Notes: generated by a model from the letters alone, not told the origin. Counted from the first letter of the stretch, positions 1-11,167 are shown. The stretch: 64,000 nt of DNA from an uncultured Isosphaeraceae bacterium (GCA_945957605.1 CAMFLR010000002.1:232197-296196), one strand, 5' to 3'. Numbers and translations: made by a program.

Positions 1-1137
1 CCCCAAACTCGCCCCGGCCCAGCCGACGCTATTGATCAACCCCGCCGCCGATCCACGCAGCCGCGGCGCGATCACATCAAACAACGCTGCAAAAATATTC
101 GACTCATAAATACCTTTGGCAATCCCAACTCCAAGCAGCCCAGCAATCAACCACATCTGTGAATAAGTCGCGCCAATAAGATAGACGCACGGTGCGCCAC
201 AAATCAGGCCGAACGCCTGCACAAGAGTTCGCCCGCCGCGTGTGTACCGAGAGAAATGATCGGCCCCGAACCCACCAAGCAAGCTGCCAAAAAAGCTGCC
301 AAGCTGCATGTAAAACGTCGCCGTGAAATTATCTTTCACAAGTCCCATCGAGAACCGCTCACCGACGTGCGTCGGCATCCAGGTCACGATCGACATCGTC
401 ACCAGATTCGCCCCGACGAACACACACATCTGCGCCGCCGCAGCGGGATTTTGCAGCAATTCGGCCGCATTGCGGAGAAAGCTCGCCCGCGGCTCGACAA
501 CTTCCGGCTTCGCCTCGAACCCGCCGCGTGGCGGTTCCTTGATCAGTCCCATAAGTGCGATCGAATAAACAATTCCAATCGCACCGAAGATATAAAACGG
601 CATGCGCCAGCCGTAATGATTGGCGATCAAACCCGCGAATACTGATCCGCCAACAACCCCGAAGTAAACGCTCGTCTGATGGATTCCCATCGCACGTGAA
701 CGCGTGCGCGGACCGTGATAATCCGAGAGAATCGACATCGACGCCGGAAAATAAGCCGATTCCCCCAGCCCCTCTGCCCCTCGAAAGAAAATGAGTTGCC
801 AGTAAGACCGCGCAAATCCCGTCCCGGCCGCAATCAGGCTCCAGAATCCGAGGCCAGTCACAATGAGCCAGCGCCTGGAAATCTTATCGACGAGAAAGCC
901 TGCAAACGGCCCAGCAATCGCATAAACAATCATAAATGCAGAGAGAATCGTTCCCGCCTGCTCATTCGTGAGTTGATAGTCCGCCTTGATCAGCGTCATG
1001 ACGGCATTGACCGCCTGACGATCGGCATAATTGAAGAAACCGCAGAACCAGAGCATGCCTACGAGCAGCCAGGGATAGCGCGACGCAAAAAACGGTTTCG
1101 GTCGATTCTCTGGCTCGCTCACCTTGGTACTCCACAT
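1..1137 (-). CDS. MFS transporter (sugar-acid/galactonate-like), partial: C-terminus lies beyond the window start
   Basis: Own translation of the minus strand from the ATG at 1137 (MWSTKVSEPENRPKPFFASRYPWLLVGMLWFCGFFNYADRQAVNAVMTLIKADYQL...). It predicts multiple TM helices and the MFS signature GxLxDRxGRR-like motif (FLVDKISRRW). The ORF runs off the window edge and so is absent from the six-frame track. Confidence 0.8.
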   Translation of the reverse strand, partial: MWSTKVSEPENRPKPFFASRYPWLLVGMLWFCGFFNYADRQAVNAVMTLIKADYQLTNEQAGTILSAFMIVYAIAGPFAGFLVDKISRRWLIVTGLGFWSLIAAGTGFARSYWQLIFFRGAEGLGESAYFPASMSILSDYHGPRTRSRAMGIHQTSVYFGVVGGSVFAGLIANHYGWRMPFYIFGAIGIVYSIALMGLIKEPPRGGFEAKPEVVEPRASFLRNAAELLQNPAAAAQMCVFVGANLVTMSIVTWMPTHVGERFSMGLVKDNFTATFYMQLGSFFGSLLGGFGADHFSRYTRGGRTLVQAFGLICGAPCVYLIGATYSQMWLIAGLLGVGIAKGIYESNIFAALFDVIAPRLRGSAAGLINSVGWAGASLG

Positions 1138-1353
1138 GGCTCAAATTCTTGGGATCAGGAGTTACTCAATTGGGACAGTGTAAGGAATTGGATGGGTGGC
1201 CTGGACAACTCGTTGTCCAGGTTGCGCAGGCACAAGAGGGAAGGCCAGAGAGATCGCGATTTCCTCTTGTCGCTTCGCGACCGGGACAAGCAAGTTGTCC
1301 CGGCCACCCAATTTGCTCTATGCCCAATTCGAAAGCCGTTCTGCAGCAGACAC

Positions 1354-2550
1354 TCAATCACCCTTGAGCACCCAAGCCTCATCGAAACTTGCGTGCATAA
1401 TCGTGCTCCCCGCAGGCACACCGCCACTGGTATAGCTGATGTGTATCCGTCCGTCGCGCGCCTGAATAATCGATGGATAATGATACGAACCCTGCCCCTG
1501 CTCATGCTTCTCGACGTGTCTCGTGGCGCTCCACGTCGCCCCCTCGTCGGTCGAGATCGACACCGCCAGCGAGTGCCGTCCTCGGCTCAGGTCATTGTAG
1601 ATCAAGGCCCAATGACCATTCGCCAACCGCGTAGCTTCGATGCCCGCGCCAGGATTGGGCAAGCTCGAATCGACCGCGTCGGACCATGTTTCGCCGTTGT
1701 CCTTCGAATAGCTCAGCCGGATCTTGTGATGAGGCCCATTGTCGCGCATGAGGGCGACGAGCGTTCCATCATTCTTGCGGACGATACTCGGCTGAATGTT
1801 GCCAAAACCGATGATCGGTCCGCTCGCTCGCCAGGTTTTGCCCTGGTCGTCGCTAATCGCCACAATCGAAATCGAATAGGTATCGCAATAGAGCGGCCAG
1901 AGCCAACGTCCTGAAGGCAACACCGTCGCATGAACTCGCGGCATCCAGCCCAGACGCTGATAGAGCAAGTCTTTCGCCCGCGCTTCGATTGCCTTCACCT
2001 CAGTCTCGTTGATCTTCACGTTCTCACCGCGAATCGCCTCAACCCCGCGCATGAGTTGCTTGGCGAAATCGGGTCCGGGAGTGATGTGCATCACCCCTTC
2101 CTTCGTCCAGTTGGGCGACTTCGGTCCGGCATCGCTGTCGGCTCGGGCGTACTTGAGCAACGCACTTTCCCAGCGATGATCCAGCACCGTCGGCCAGATC
2201 ATCCAGAGTGATTTATCGGGCGCGGCGAAGAGCGCGGGATTCATGTCGGGATAGCCTGGCGTGTCGGCCATCACGAACCATTCCGACCAAGCTTTCGCCC
2301 CCTTTTCCATCCGCGCGCCCATGATCTGCACGTCGTCGGCAGTCCGCTCGCCAGTTCCGCGATACCAGGCCACAAGCAGGCTGCCGTCTGCGCATTCGAC
2401 GATGCACGACGCGTGGTTGTGTTTCTTCTCGCGAGGGAACAGCGGCTCGCTCTGAAACGAGCCGTCTTCCGCATGAATCACAGGCACATCGGCAAACCCA
2501 GCCCAAACGATCGCGCTGGCGATCACGGCACGCAGAATCAACTTCATCAT
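1354..2550 (-). CDS. Secreted BNR/Asp-box repeat sialidase-like glycoside hydrolase (GH33-like)
   Basis: Track ORF 1354..2610. The likely start is MMKLILRAVIASAIVWAGFA (signal peptide) at 2550. Three Asp-box motifs are present (SDDQGKTW, SKDNGETW, STDEGATW), typical of sialidase/BNR beta-propellers. Confidence 0.8.
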   Translation of the reverse strand: MMKLILRAVIASAIVWAGFADVPVIHAEDGSFQSEPLFPREKKHNHASCIVECADGSLLVAWYRGTGERTADDVQIMGARMEKGAKAWSEWFVMADTPGYPDMNPALFAAPDKSLWMIWPTVLDHRWESALLKYARADSDAGPKSPNWTKEGVMHITPGPDFAKQLMRGVEAIRGENVKINETEVKAIEARAKDLLYQRLGWMPRVHATVLPSGRWLWPLYCDTYSISIVAISDDQGKTWRASGPIIGFGNIQPSIVRKNDGTLVALMRDNGPHHKIRLSYSKDNGETWSDAVDSSLPNPGAGIEATRLANGHWALIYNDLSRGRHSLAVSISTDEGATWSATRHVEKHEQGQGSYHYPSIIQARDGRIHISYTSGGVPAGSTIMHASFDEAWVLKGD

Positions 2551-2718
2551 GGTGACTCTCCCACTCTCGCCCCAGGCGCGCACGACGGCGGCGCAACTCA
2601 CGCTTCCCAAATGAGGAGCGTGAGTGTACGCCGCCGTAACTACCGTCGCAAGGGTTTAAGAAACGTATTGATGCTCAACACAATTAACGATTGAGCGTCA
2701 ATTCAAGCAAAAATCTTT

Positions 2719-5511
2719 TCACCGCCGAGTCGCGGGAACTGTCTGCCGCGCACCAGCGGTCGCTCGTGCCTCGCCTGTTGAGAATGTGACGTTTGCGTCC
2801 TTGATCGCCTGACCGTTCAAGGTCGTCATGTGTACCTTCATCGATGGAATACCACCGCCGCCAACTTGCTTGTTGCCGTGTTCATTGACGATGAATTCGC
2901 TGGGATTACCAGACGGCTTCCAACCGACCTTGATCGCCACTGGCTTTTCCCCGCGTTTCGCCTTCGCAAAAGCCGAGAGAAACGCATCGCTCCACACAAA
3001 CGTGTTGTTCTGTAGAGTGGCGGTCATGTAAACCCGTCCCCGCGTCCAGCGAATGGGTGCTTCGTTACAAATGCCCAGCAACGCGCCGGTCCAGGCATCC
3101 TCAAACGTATTGCCGTCGAAAACGAGCCCGAGCATGGGATTGTGCGACCAGCCCCAGTAAACCGGCGCCTCGCTCGCCGAAGCAAAAATCATGAACGCGT
3201 CGCTCCCACCATACGTGTGGTTGCCGGAAAGCACCGTGCCAAAATGCTGTCCGCATAACACGAACGGAATCGCGATATGACTGCCGCGAGCGTCGATCGA
3301 ATTGCGATCGAATACTGTCTTGGTAAATCCAAGCTGGACAGAAACCGCACCTCCGCCGAGTGCAACAGGCTTGTCGAGCAAGAACATGTGCGGACCAAGC
3401 GGCCAGACCACCCTGCGCCACTCGCCTGCCTGCGGCCCGCTGAGAATCGAGAACACAGAGCCAACTACAGCCGGCTCGCCCTGAATGTGCGGCACGGTCA
3501 CGACACGGCCATCGCTCGACGTGCTCAGCGTCTTGCCTTCAAACGTTAACTTGTAGGATTCCGTGAGAATCGTTTCGGGCGAGTTGGGATGATCGCGACC
3601 GTCGTCCTCGCGCGGCCCGACGCCTTCCGTCACGTTCTCACTGACCCGGATGTTCTCACCGCGATTCGTCAGCACCAGCCAGCGCCACGTTTTCGCGACC
3701 GTGTTCTTCTCGACCGTCTTCACCCGATTCCGCGCCACCAGTAAGTCGTGCGGCGCATGAAAGCTTGCGACAGTGTACGTGAAAGTCCCTTGTGGCGTGC
3801 CGTCGTGTCGGTTGCCTACGAACGTCCACGGTCCGCCGAAGAACTCCTGAATGCCTCCCTTGAAGACATTCCCTTCAACGACACCATTCGTCGCACCCAC
3901 CATTCGCAGGATTCGCGGCGTCTCTTCCCACGCCGTGCTCGCTTGCGGTCCCACCACGTCGAGCTTGGTGAAAGTAAGCCCCGCGAGCACGTTGCCGGTC
4001 GGCTTGTCGCGTGCGTCAGTTGTACCAATGATACTGGGCCCGTAGCTCACTTCCTGATCCCAGCGCACCGGACCGCTGAAACGAATTTTGAACCCGTTCA
4101 GCGTGGTTCGGCCCGCGTGGATTTTGATCGCAGTGGTCCAAATTGGCGAACTCGCTGGCTGCGTGAACAGAAGCGTCGCATCGCCGTTCGCGGTGAGCGT
4201 CACAGGTTTGTCCAGCACCAGCGGCTTGCTGAGCGGGTACTCTCCCGGGCCGAGCTCGACGGTCCCAAACTGCGAGACGAGTTGCTGCAGATCATCGCCG
4301 GGCTTCGCCTTCGTGCTGGTGGCCGCTGGGGCAGGCGCGCGAAGTGAGGGATCGCAGTTGCCGCCGGGGAATTCGCAAACGACGACGCGATTCCCTTCGA
4401 ACTGGAAGATCAGCGACATCGTCGCGCCGGTCTCGTCGCGCACAGGAGGAAACCGCAGTTCGGCAGTCGTCGCTTCGCCCGCCGGACGCAACGTCAGCGG
4501 AAGCAAGTCGCCGCTCGGCTTGTCCGACCATCCGCCCACAACACCGTCGCTCAGGCCAATCGACGACACGCGCCCAGCTTTGGGCAGCCCCTTCAAAATC
4601 ACGCGGACATCGCCGTTCGCTTCCTGGCCAATCCACTGCGACTCGATCGCTGGCTTCTCAACCGTGACCACTGGAGACGCCTGCATCTTTAGCGCGGGAT
4701 CGGTTTTGCTCGCCTTCACAACCGTGGTGTCGACGAGATTATTCATATAAGTTACGGTAACTTTCAGCTTCTGGCCGGCGAGGTCGCGCATCGGCTGGAA
4801 GTAGAGATCACCGCGTGTCGCGTCAGACGGATTTCGCAGGAATTCCGCCCCCAGATACGCCTCAGGATTGCGGGCGTATTGCCACTTGAGGTCGTGCGGG
4901 CCGACCACCAGGATCGACTTGACTTCGTCCTTGGCCGCGAGCTTGTTCAGAGCGATATGAACATCCTGAACGCCGTCGGGCCCAGGGTTTTCGGTCGGTC
5001 CGCAACGATCGTGCTTGTCCTGACCAATCCACCGTGATTCGATCCCTGTTCCTGGCATGCGCAGATTTTGATCGGCGCGACCGCCGCGGCAAGTGATGGT
5101 CAGCTTGCGGCCGTCTTCAAACGTCAGGTCGAAGATAAAAGCACGCCCAGGTTCCGCGCGATAGGGCTCCATCCAGACGTCAACTAACCCGCCGCTCGCT
5201 CGCGGAGCGAACAGCGCGAGCCACGAGTTGGGCGGCCCGTTGAACTTCCACTCGCCGTCACCTTCGCCGTGCACGATCGCCGACGCCACCTTCACGCGCG
5301 GGGGCAGACCCGACATCACGAAGTGAAGGTCTTGAATGCCGCTCTTACCCGGATTGACGCTCAGGCCGACGAGGTCGTGCTCGTCCTGGCCGATCCACCG
5401 AATCGCCAGCTCGGCCGATGCTTTTTGCGGCGCTGCCAGGACCAGCCAGCCAGCCGCTACGACGCCGATGAAGCCCAGCGGGATCGCGCGAAGACGCGTC
5501 AGAATCGACAT
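2719..5511 (-). CDS. Secreted repeat protein: three ~120-aa N-terminal repeats (RWIGQD..H..) followed by a beta-helix-like C-terminal region; function unknown
   Basis: Track ORF 2719..5586. An internal Met with a signal peptide (MSILTRLRAIPLGFIGVVAAGWLVLAAPQKASA) gives start 5511. Internal repeats are seen directly in the translation: IRWIGQDEHD.., ESRWIGQDKHD.., ESQWIGQEANGD... Confidence 0.7.
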   Translation of the reverse strand: MSILTRLRAIPLGFIGVVAAGWLVLAAPQKASAELAIRWIGQDEHDLVGLSVNPGKSGIQDLHFVMSGLPPRVKVASAIVHGEGDGEWKFNGPPNSWLALFAPRASGGLVDVWMEPYRAEPGRAFIFDLTFEDGRKLTITCRGGRADQNLRMPGTGIESRWIGQDKHDRCGPTENPGPDGVQDVHIALNKLAAKDEVKSILVVGPHDLKWQYARNPEAYLGAEFLRNPSDATRGDLYFQPMRDLAGQKLKVTVTYMNNLVDTTVVKASKTDPALKMQASPVVTVEKPAIESQWIGQEANGDVRVILKGLPKAGRVSSIGLSDGVVGGWSDKPSGDLLPLTLRPAGEATTAELRFPPVRDETGATMSLIFQFEGNRVVVCEFPGGNCDPSLRAPAPAATSTKAKPGDDLQQLVSQFGTVELGPGEYPLSKPLVLDKPVTLTANGDATLLFTQPASSPIWTTAIKIHAGRTTLNGFKIRFSGPVRWDQEVSYGPSIIGTTDARDKPTGNVLAGLTFTKLDVVGPQASTAWEETPRILRMVGATNGVVEGNVFKGGIQEFFGGPWTFVGNRHDGTPQGTFTYTVASFHAPHDLLVARNRVKTVEKNTVAKTWRWLVLTNRGENIRVSENVTEGVGPREDDGRDHPNSPETILTESYKLTFEGKTLSTSSDGRVVTVPHIQGEPAVVGSVFSILSGPQAGEWRRVVWPLGPHMFLLDKPVALGGGAVSVQLGFTKTVFDRNSIDARGSHIAIPFVLCGQHFGTVLSGNHTYGGSDAFMIFASASEAPVYWGWSHNPMLGLVFDGNTFEDAWTGALLGICNEAPIRWTRGRVYMTATLQNNTFVWSDAFLSAFAKAKRGEKPVAIKVGWKPSGNPSEFIVNEHGNKQVGGGGIPSMKVHMTTLNGQAIKDANVTFSTGEARATAGARQTVPATRR

Positions 5512-5617
5512 GATCGGCCTCCCTTGCCCAGTCGTCGCGGCGCACGCCCCTGCACCGCTTCCCTTGGTCAAAGGGAATTCTATCACATCGTCGCAGTTGA
5601 GGTATCTTGGCCGACGG

Positions 5618-5974
5618 TCAGCCGCCGGCCGGAAGAAGCATCAACGCTTCCGTCAAATCGTCCGCCAGGGTAAACAACGAGATCAACTTCATGGTCGCGA
5701 GCGTGTCTCGAATGAACGGATCGACGTCAAACAGCACCATTTTGCCGTTCTTCGTGGCGACACGACGTCTTAGCGTGATCAAAAATCCGAAATCGGCGCT
5801 CGACATGTACTCGAGCTTACCGAGATCGATCGCATACCGGTTATCCTCGCGGTTTTGCACCGTCTTATAGAGCGCTTCACGATGCGCCGAGCTATCCTCG
5901 GGCGCGTCATCGCCTGTTTCTTCTAGCGTGATGACCATAACGCCCGCGACTTCGTGGGTCGAGCAGGTCAGCAT
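5618..5974 (-). CDS. STAS-domain protein (anti-sigma-factor antagonist, SpoIIAA-like)
   Basis: Translation ...VMVITLEETGDD...YAIDLGKLEYMSSADFGFLITLRRRVATKNGKMVLFDVDPFIRDTLATMKLISLF is typical of the STAS fold. The start is ambiguous between 6049 and 5974. Confidence 0.65.
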   Translation of the reverse strand: MLTCSTHEVAGVMVITLEETGDDAPEDSSAHREALYKTVQNREDNRYAIDLGKLEYMSSADFGFLITLRRRVATKNGKMVLFDVDPFIRDTLATMKLISLFTLADDLTEALMLLPAGG

Positions 5975-6234
5975 GGCGAGTAGCCCTTTACAGTCCAAAA
6001 GATTTGCGATGCAACAATATGCAACCGGATCAGGAGCCTGAGTGCTCACATCCTATACACTCTAGAACACTGCCGTAAACACCGGCGCCCGCCAAATCCG
6101 GAACAAACCGCCCGGATGCCCCTGGACGATCTTTCGTGGGGTCGCTACGCTGGGTCCCTGTCGATTGCGCAAAGTGTAATCGGCATCGCTCTCTTACAAT
6201 TGCATTTTTTCGACCCCTCGGGCGTTCGAACGCA

Positions 6235-6440
6235 CTCTCAAGTGCGGCTCGAACAGGAAGCCGGTGCGAATCCGGCGCGGGACCGCCGCTGTAAGCGAGG
6301 AGGACTCGGGACAAAAGGCCACTTCGAGCGTGATGCTCGCGGGAAGGCGTCCCCTGTCCGACTGACTCGCGAGCCAGAAAACGGCCCGATGGGTCTGCCC
6401 TGCTGACGATGCTTCGGACTAAAGCATCCGGGAATCCCGC
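6235..6440 (+). promoter_or_regulatory. Candidate cobalamin (B12) riboswitch in the 5' leader of the DUF1559/PEP-CTERM unit
   Basis: The + strand reads GGAAgccGGTGcGAATCCggcGCgGGACcGCCGCTGTAAGcgAGGAGG...GCCACTtcg at 6257-6330. This matches the conserved cobalamin-riboswitch core (GGTGnnAAnTCC...GCnGnCCCGCCACTGTnA) plus a B12-box-like GCCACT. A downstream hairpin gatgcttcggactaaagcatc at 6407-6428 could be the expression platform. Confidence 0.7.
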
Positions 6441-6582
6441 GCCACGCGGGTCGATTCGGCCTGTGCTCGATCATTGATCGCACACACCACAGGCACCGAC
6501 CCAACTCATTGCGTCGCGCATCGCACTTTCCGGTCGTTTGTGTCGAAGCCTCGACTGACGGATCGACCGGAAGGAAAGTACG

Positions 6583-7440
6583 TTGAAATCCAATCACCCC
6601 CGCACCCGCGTTCGTCGCGCGTCTGGCGGTTTCACGCTGATTGAGTTGCTGGTCGTCATCGCGATCATCGCAGTTCTCATCGCGCTGCTGCTCCCCGCCG
6701 TTCAGGCCGCACGCGAAGCCGCGCGGCGGGTCAGTTGCACGAGCAACCTCAAGCAAATCGGCCTGGCCCTCCACGGCTATCACGATGTACACAACACCTT
6801 CCCCTCAGGTGGTTGGATCGCCGTCTTCAACCAGCCACAGACGAACAACATGAACATCGGCTGGTCGGCCGTTGTTCTTCCCTGGCTCGAACAGCGCCCG
6901 CTTTATGACAGCTTGAACCTGAGCTTCACCTACAACCACGCGACAAACAGCACGGCCGTCTACACCGTGCTGAACATCTACCTTTGCCCGTCTGAGCCGC
7001 GCCAAACCAACTGGAATAAGGCTCCCGGCGACGCATATTCCTCGGCCGATGCCGACTACGGCGGCATTTACGGCCCTCGCGGACTCGTCTCGCCCACCGA
7101 CGCCAACAATCCCCCGCGCGGGGCAATGCTCTTCAATCAGCCAATCTCGCTGCCTCAGATCATCGACGGTTCCGCGCAGACGATCATCGTCGGCGAGGCC
7201 CCCGAAGCGATCAACGCGATGTGGGCGAGCGGCCACAACCTCTTCGACCAGGCATTTCCCATAAACTCCCGCCCCGCAGTCGAGTTGGGAGAGGAATTAA
7301 CCAGCCAGCATTCCGGCGGCGTCAACGTTCTGCATGCCGATGGCTCGGTTCATTTCCTCAAAAACTCGATCGCTCCCGCACCACTCTCTGCGCTTCTGAC
7401 CCGAGCGCAGGGCGAAGTGATCTCGTCCGACTCGTATTGA
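6583..7440 (+). CDS. DUF1559 domain protein with prepilin-type N-terminal cleavage/methylation motif
   Basis: [53 protein letters not shown] at the N-terminus and ...[21 protein letters not shown].. at the C-terminus (H-X9-DG). A TTG start at 6583 is preceded by ggaaggaaag. Confidence 0.85.
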   Translation: MKSNHPRTRVRRASGGFTLIELLVVIAIIAVLIALLLPAVQAAREAARRVSCTSNLKQIGLALHGYHDVHNTFPSGGWIAVFNQPQTNNMNIGWSAVVLPWLEQRPLYDSLNLSFTYNHATNSTAVYTVLNIYLCPSEPRQTNWNKAPGDAYSSADADYGGIYGPRGLVSPTDANNPPRGAMLFNQPISLPQIIDGSAQTIIVGEAPEAINAMWASGHNLFDQAFPINSRPAVELGEELTSQHSGGVNVLHADGSVHFLKNSIAPAPLSALLTRAQGEVISSDSY

Positions 7441-7496
7441 TTTGACGCACTCGTACCGCACTCTCCCGAAAGATTTCCCAACAGGAGGTTCCGCCC

Positions 7497-8297
7497 ATGG
7501 CGTGGCACCGTCTCAAGCTCGCCTTACTCTTCCTCGTCTGCGCCGCCGGAATGGCTCGCGCCGATATCACGATCGACTTCAGCGATCACCCGCTCCCGCC
7601 CAACTCGTTCGACAACGGTAGCTCGGGAAGCGGTGGCTTCACTTCAAACGGCGCGTTCTTGAACAACTCATACGACTCGACTTTCAGCGCGTGGAGTGGC
7701 TGGTCACTCTCCAACGTCAACAACAAGACGACGGCGGGCTTCACGAATCAATACGCTGCGATCACCGGCACATCGCCAACCGGTTCGGGCACATATGCCA
7801 TTGCCAATACGTTCTCGCCCAACGACGCATTCATCAATCTGCCGACCGGATACTCAGCCTCGTCGTTCGATGTAACGAACACCACCTACGCATACCTGTC
7901 GATGAAAACTGGCGACCAGTTCGCCAAGAAGTTCACCACGGGCGACTTCTTCCTGCTGACCGTCACCGGCTATTCCGGACTCGGCGCCACTGGCACAGCA
8001 CTGGCCTCGATTCCGATCTATCTCGCGAACTACACATCCGACGAAGATAATCCGCTAAACGTCTGGCGCAATGTCGGCCTGACTTCGCTTGCTGGGGCCA
8101 AAAGCCTCGGCTTCAGCCTGACTTCGTCCGACAACGGCCAGTTCGGCATGAACACTCCGGCCTACTTCGCGATGGACGAACTCGTCCTCACCCCAACCGC
8201 CGTCCCCGAACCCTCGAGCCTGGCGCTGGCCGGAATCGGCATCGCGGGTTTCGCGGCTGTGCGCTACCGTCGGTCGCGATTGAAAAAGAAGGCCTGA
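7497..8297 (+). CDS. PEP-CTERM-anchored secreted protein (Ser/Thr/Asn-rich, unknown function)
   Basis: Signal peptide MAWHRLKLALLFLVCAAGMARA. The C-terminus VPEPSSLALAGIGIAGFAAVRYRRSRLKKKA carries the PEP-CTERM sorting signal. Confidence 0.8.
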   Translation: MAWHRLKLALLFLVCAAGMARADITIDFSDHPLPPNSFDNGSSGSGGFTSNGAFLNNSYDSTFSAWSGWSLSNVNNKTTAGFTNQYAAITGTSPTGSGTYAIANTFSPNDAFINLPTGYSASSFDVTNTTYAYLSMKTGDQFAKKFTTGDFFLLTVTGYSGLGATGTALASIPIYLANYTSDEDNPLNVWRNVGLTSLAGAKSLGFSLTSSDNGQFGMNTPAYFAMDELVLTPTAVPEPSSLALAGIGIAGFAAVRYRRSRLKKKA

Positions 8298-8330
8298 TCG
8301 TTCAAGCCAATCATAAAGCTCGTCGATCAA

Positions 8331-8374
8331 ACTGGGCTCGGTCGCATCACCGCGATCGGGCCCAGTTCGTTTCT
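8331..8374 (+). terminator. Putative intrinsic terminator after the PEP-CTERM gene
   Basis: Imperfect GC-rich hairpin ctgggctcggtcg...cgatcgggcccag followed by ttcgtttctc. Confidence 0.35.
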
Positions 8375-8683
8375 CAAGTGAAGAACAACCCGCTCTCATC
8401 AGTTGTGATTCAAATACGACGACACAACGCGACGATTCCACATCAAATCTACACCTCTTTTACATTCATGAATCCATCTCGAATCGAATTCTTCGCCTCC
8501 GGCGCTTTCTTCTGTTCAAAACTCTTCCAAAACAGCACTCAACGCACCTGACATTTTTTCCCAACAACAAACCGAATTCCTTGGAATTGCCCTTCGGTTC
8601 GAAGTATTTTGTGAGGCGTCCACGCTTCCCGAGCGTGCGGAAGTACCCTCTCTCGCGGCAAGTCGATCAAAAGGGGATGCACC

Positions 8684-11167
8684 ATGATGCCTTTGAAGGG
8701 GTTAAGGATAACCGTCGCCGTCGTCGCTCTCGGCGCTCTGCTCATCACGCCTGCATTCGGTCAGAAAGAGACCAGCAATTCACTCGCGCGTTACGTTCCA
8801 TCCGACGGGCTGAGCATCCTGCTCGAACACGATGGCCTCCACTCGCAGCCCAAGGTCTGGGAAGCGAGCGCGACGTACAAGATGCTCAACGAAACCAAGC
8901 TGGGGATCATGCTTGAGGATATCCTCACGCAATTGATCGACCACGGCCTTCGTTCGGTTCCACAGCCGCCGCTCAAGGGCAAGGAAATTGTCGGTCTCGT
9001 CGAACACCTGATCGACAAAGGCTTCGCCATCGGCTACTGCGGCCCGCTCAACGCGCCAACGCCAAAGGCCGCCGTGGTAGTCATTCGCGACGCCAATAAG
9101 AGTGACACGTTCAAGAAACTGATGAAGATGATCCCCCAGGCCCAGGAACCGGCTGCCAAGCAGATTGACGCCCCTGGCGGCCGCAAAGTCTGGACGATGG
9201 AAGGTGCCCCGGTCCGCTGGTGGTTCGAGAAGGATGACTTCGTCTTCTCCTTCGCTCCTCCCGGCGCTCCCGATCCTGTCGTTGCCGTCCTCGAAGGCAC
9301 CGCTCCCAGCGCACTCAAATCGCCCCTGCGCAACACGCTTTGGAAAGGGACCTCGTCCGACTACACCCCTATCGGCGTCCTCTTCGTCGATCTCTCAACC
9401 CTTCCCCAGCTCCCGCCTCAAGCGGTTCAGCTTGGACTCGACGGCGTGAAGGCGGTCGAGGCAAGTTGGGGTCTGCAAGGTAAGGCGACGGTCACGATGA
9501 TCGGCATTCAGGCGCCCAAACCGCGCCGGGGGATCATCGCCCTGTTCGACCAGCCCGCGATCGGCACAGCGACTCGCTACACCCCAGCCGACGGCGGAAA
9601 CGACTACACCGTCATGTCGATCGAGCCCGGCAAATTCGTCGATGGCATCTTCGCGCTGATGAAGCAAGCCGACGCGAACTCCGCCGCCAATGCCCAGAAA
9701 TTTGCAGCCGAATTCGAGCGCCGAACGCAGGTCAACTTGCGTAAGGATCTCCTCGGCAAGGTCGGACCGCGTATCGCTTTCTCAAGTGGAGGCGGTCTCG
9801 GCCTGAGCAACATCTTCGGCATGTGGTTCCACCCGCCGGATTTCGGAATCGTCGCCGAGTTGAAAGACCCCGAAGCATTCCAGGCCACGCTCGACAAATT
9901 GATCGCCTCGCTCAATCGCGAGTTGCGAAGTGCAGGCGCAATGGTCCCGCCGCAGCCGGGCCAGCCGGTGCGCAAAGGAACGGCCTACGCGGAATTCCGC
10001 AAACTCCCCGCGCCTGATAACGGCTACATTCTGTCGATTCCTCCTTCGGTACTCACTTTGCCGAGCGGGTTCCGGCCAACGGTGATGATCGACGCCAAGC
10101 GCAACTTGATCGCCCTCGGCGGCACAGCGAAATCGGCCGCCAAGGCTCTCACTTCGCTCGACCTTAACGCCAAGGGTGGCGAGCCAATCGCTGAAAAGGA
10201 CGCGGTCGTTTTCTCGAAGTCAGACCAGGCTCAAATCTTGCCCGAACTCCTCACGAACGTGCCCGCGATCGTGCAGTTCTTCGGTTTCGCCGCAGCACAG
10301 CCCGGCCCTGGGCGTCCCGGCGGGCCTCCGTTCCGCCTCGAAATGGATCCCGACTCGATCCCCGATCCCGACTCGATGCGTAAATTCATGTTCCCGTCGA
10401 CATACACAATGTCGGTCGACAACGATTCGATTCGCTTCACTGGCTACCAGCCGTTCCCGCTCGCAATTCCGCAGATCAGCGGAGGCATGGAAGCCCCGGT
10501 GCTCGTCGCCCTGCTGCTGCCGGCCGTTCAGGCGGCACGTGAAGCGGCCCGACGCGCCCAGTGCGTCAACAATCTCAAGCAGATTGGTCTGGCAATGCAC
10601 AACCATCACGCCGCGCTCGACGGCTTGCCGCCCCGAGCCATCACGAACGCTGCCGGCAAGCCACTACTGAGCTGGCGCGTGGCGATTTTGCCCTACATCG
10701 AACAGCAGGCGCTTTACGAAAAGTTCAAGCTCGATGAACCCTGGGATAGCCCCCATAACAGCGAACTGATCAAGTACATGCCACAGATTTATATGTGCCC
10801 GTCTCGCACAGGCGACGCAAAGGACGGCCAAACCAACTACCAGGCATTCGCTGGCGAAGGTGCCCTGTTCGACTCGCGTCGCAAGGTTTCGTTCGCCCGA
10901 GTGACCGACGGGCTCTCGAACACCCTCATGGTGGTTGAAGCCTCAACGCCAGTCACCTGGACCAAGCCCGATGACCTGCCGTTCGACGCAGCCGCAGCCA
11001 ATCCCGCGAAGCCGCTCTTCGGCGCGGGCTCCAGCCACGCCGGCGGGTTCAACGCACTCATGGGAGACGGTTCCGTTCGCTTCATCAAGTCATTGGTCTC
11101 GCCGCAAGTGATGCGTGCATTGATCACCCGCGCCGGCGGCGAAATCCTCGGTGCCGACTCGTTCTGA
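8684..11167 (+). CDS. Large secreted fusion protein: ~590-aa novel N-terminal domain plus C-terminal DUF1559 domain without the pilin-like leader
   Basis: Signal peptide [27 protein letters not shown]. The internal ...[33 protein letters not shown]... and C-terminal ...[46 protein letters not shown] are DUF1559-like. Confidence 0.8.
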   Translation: MMPLKGLRITVAVVALGALLITPAFGQKETSNSLARYVPSDGLSILLEHDGLHSQPKVWEASATYKMLNETKLGIMLEDILTQLIDHGLRSVPQPPLKGKEIVGLVEHLIDKGFAIGYCGPLNAPTPKAAVVVIRDANKSDTFKKLMKMIPQAQEPAAKQIDAPGGRKVWTMEGAPVRWWFEKDDFVFSFAPPGAPDPVVAVLEGTAPSALKSPLRNTLWKGTSSDYTPIGVLFVDLSTLPQLPPQAVQLGLDGVKAVEASWGLQGKATVTMIGIQAPKPRRGIIALFDQPAIGTATRYTPADGGNDYTVMSIEPGKFVDGIFALMKQADANSAANAQKFAAEFERRTQVNLRKDLLGKVGPRIAFSSGGGLGLSNIFGMWFHPPDFGIVAELKDPEAFQATLDKLIASLNRELRSAGAMVPPQPGQPVRKGTAYAEFRKLPAPDNGYILSIPPSVLTLPSGFRPTVMIDAKRNLIALGGTAKSAAKALTSLDLNAKGGEPIAEKDAVVFSKSDQAQILPELLTNVPAIVQFFGFAAAQPGPGRPGGPPFRLEMDPDSIPDPDSMRKFMFPSTYTMSVDNDSIRFTGYQPFPLAIPQISGGMEAPVLVALLLPAVQAAREAARRAQCVNNLKQIGLAMHNHHAALDGLPPRAITNAAGKPLLSWRVAILPYIEQQALYEKFKLDEPWDSPHNSELIKYMPQIYMCPSRTGDAKDGQTNYQAFAGEGALFDSRRKVSFARVTDGLSNTLMVVEASTPVTWTKPDDLPFDAAAANPAKPLFGAGSSHAGGFNALMGDGSVRFIKSLVSPQVMRALITRAGGEILGADSF

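Noticed and set aside
715-1914. 399-aa plus-strand ORF in the six-frame track
   Set aside because: It lies antisense to, and fully overlaps, the MFS transporter and sialidase genes. Its Arg/Pro-rich low-complexity translation is typical of high-GC shadow frames.
6235-6440. Alternative reading of the riboswitch, in which it would regulate the upstream minus-strand STAS gene
   Set aside because: The conserved GGTG..AATCC..CCGCCGCTGTAAG core reads correctly only on the plus strand, so it regulates the downstream DUF1559 unit.
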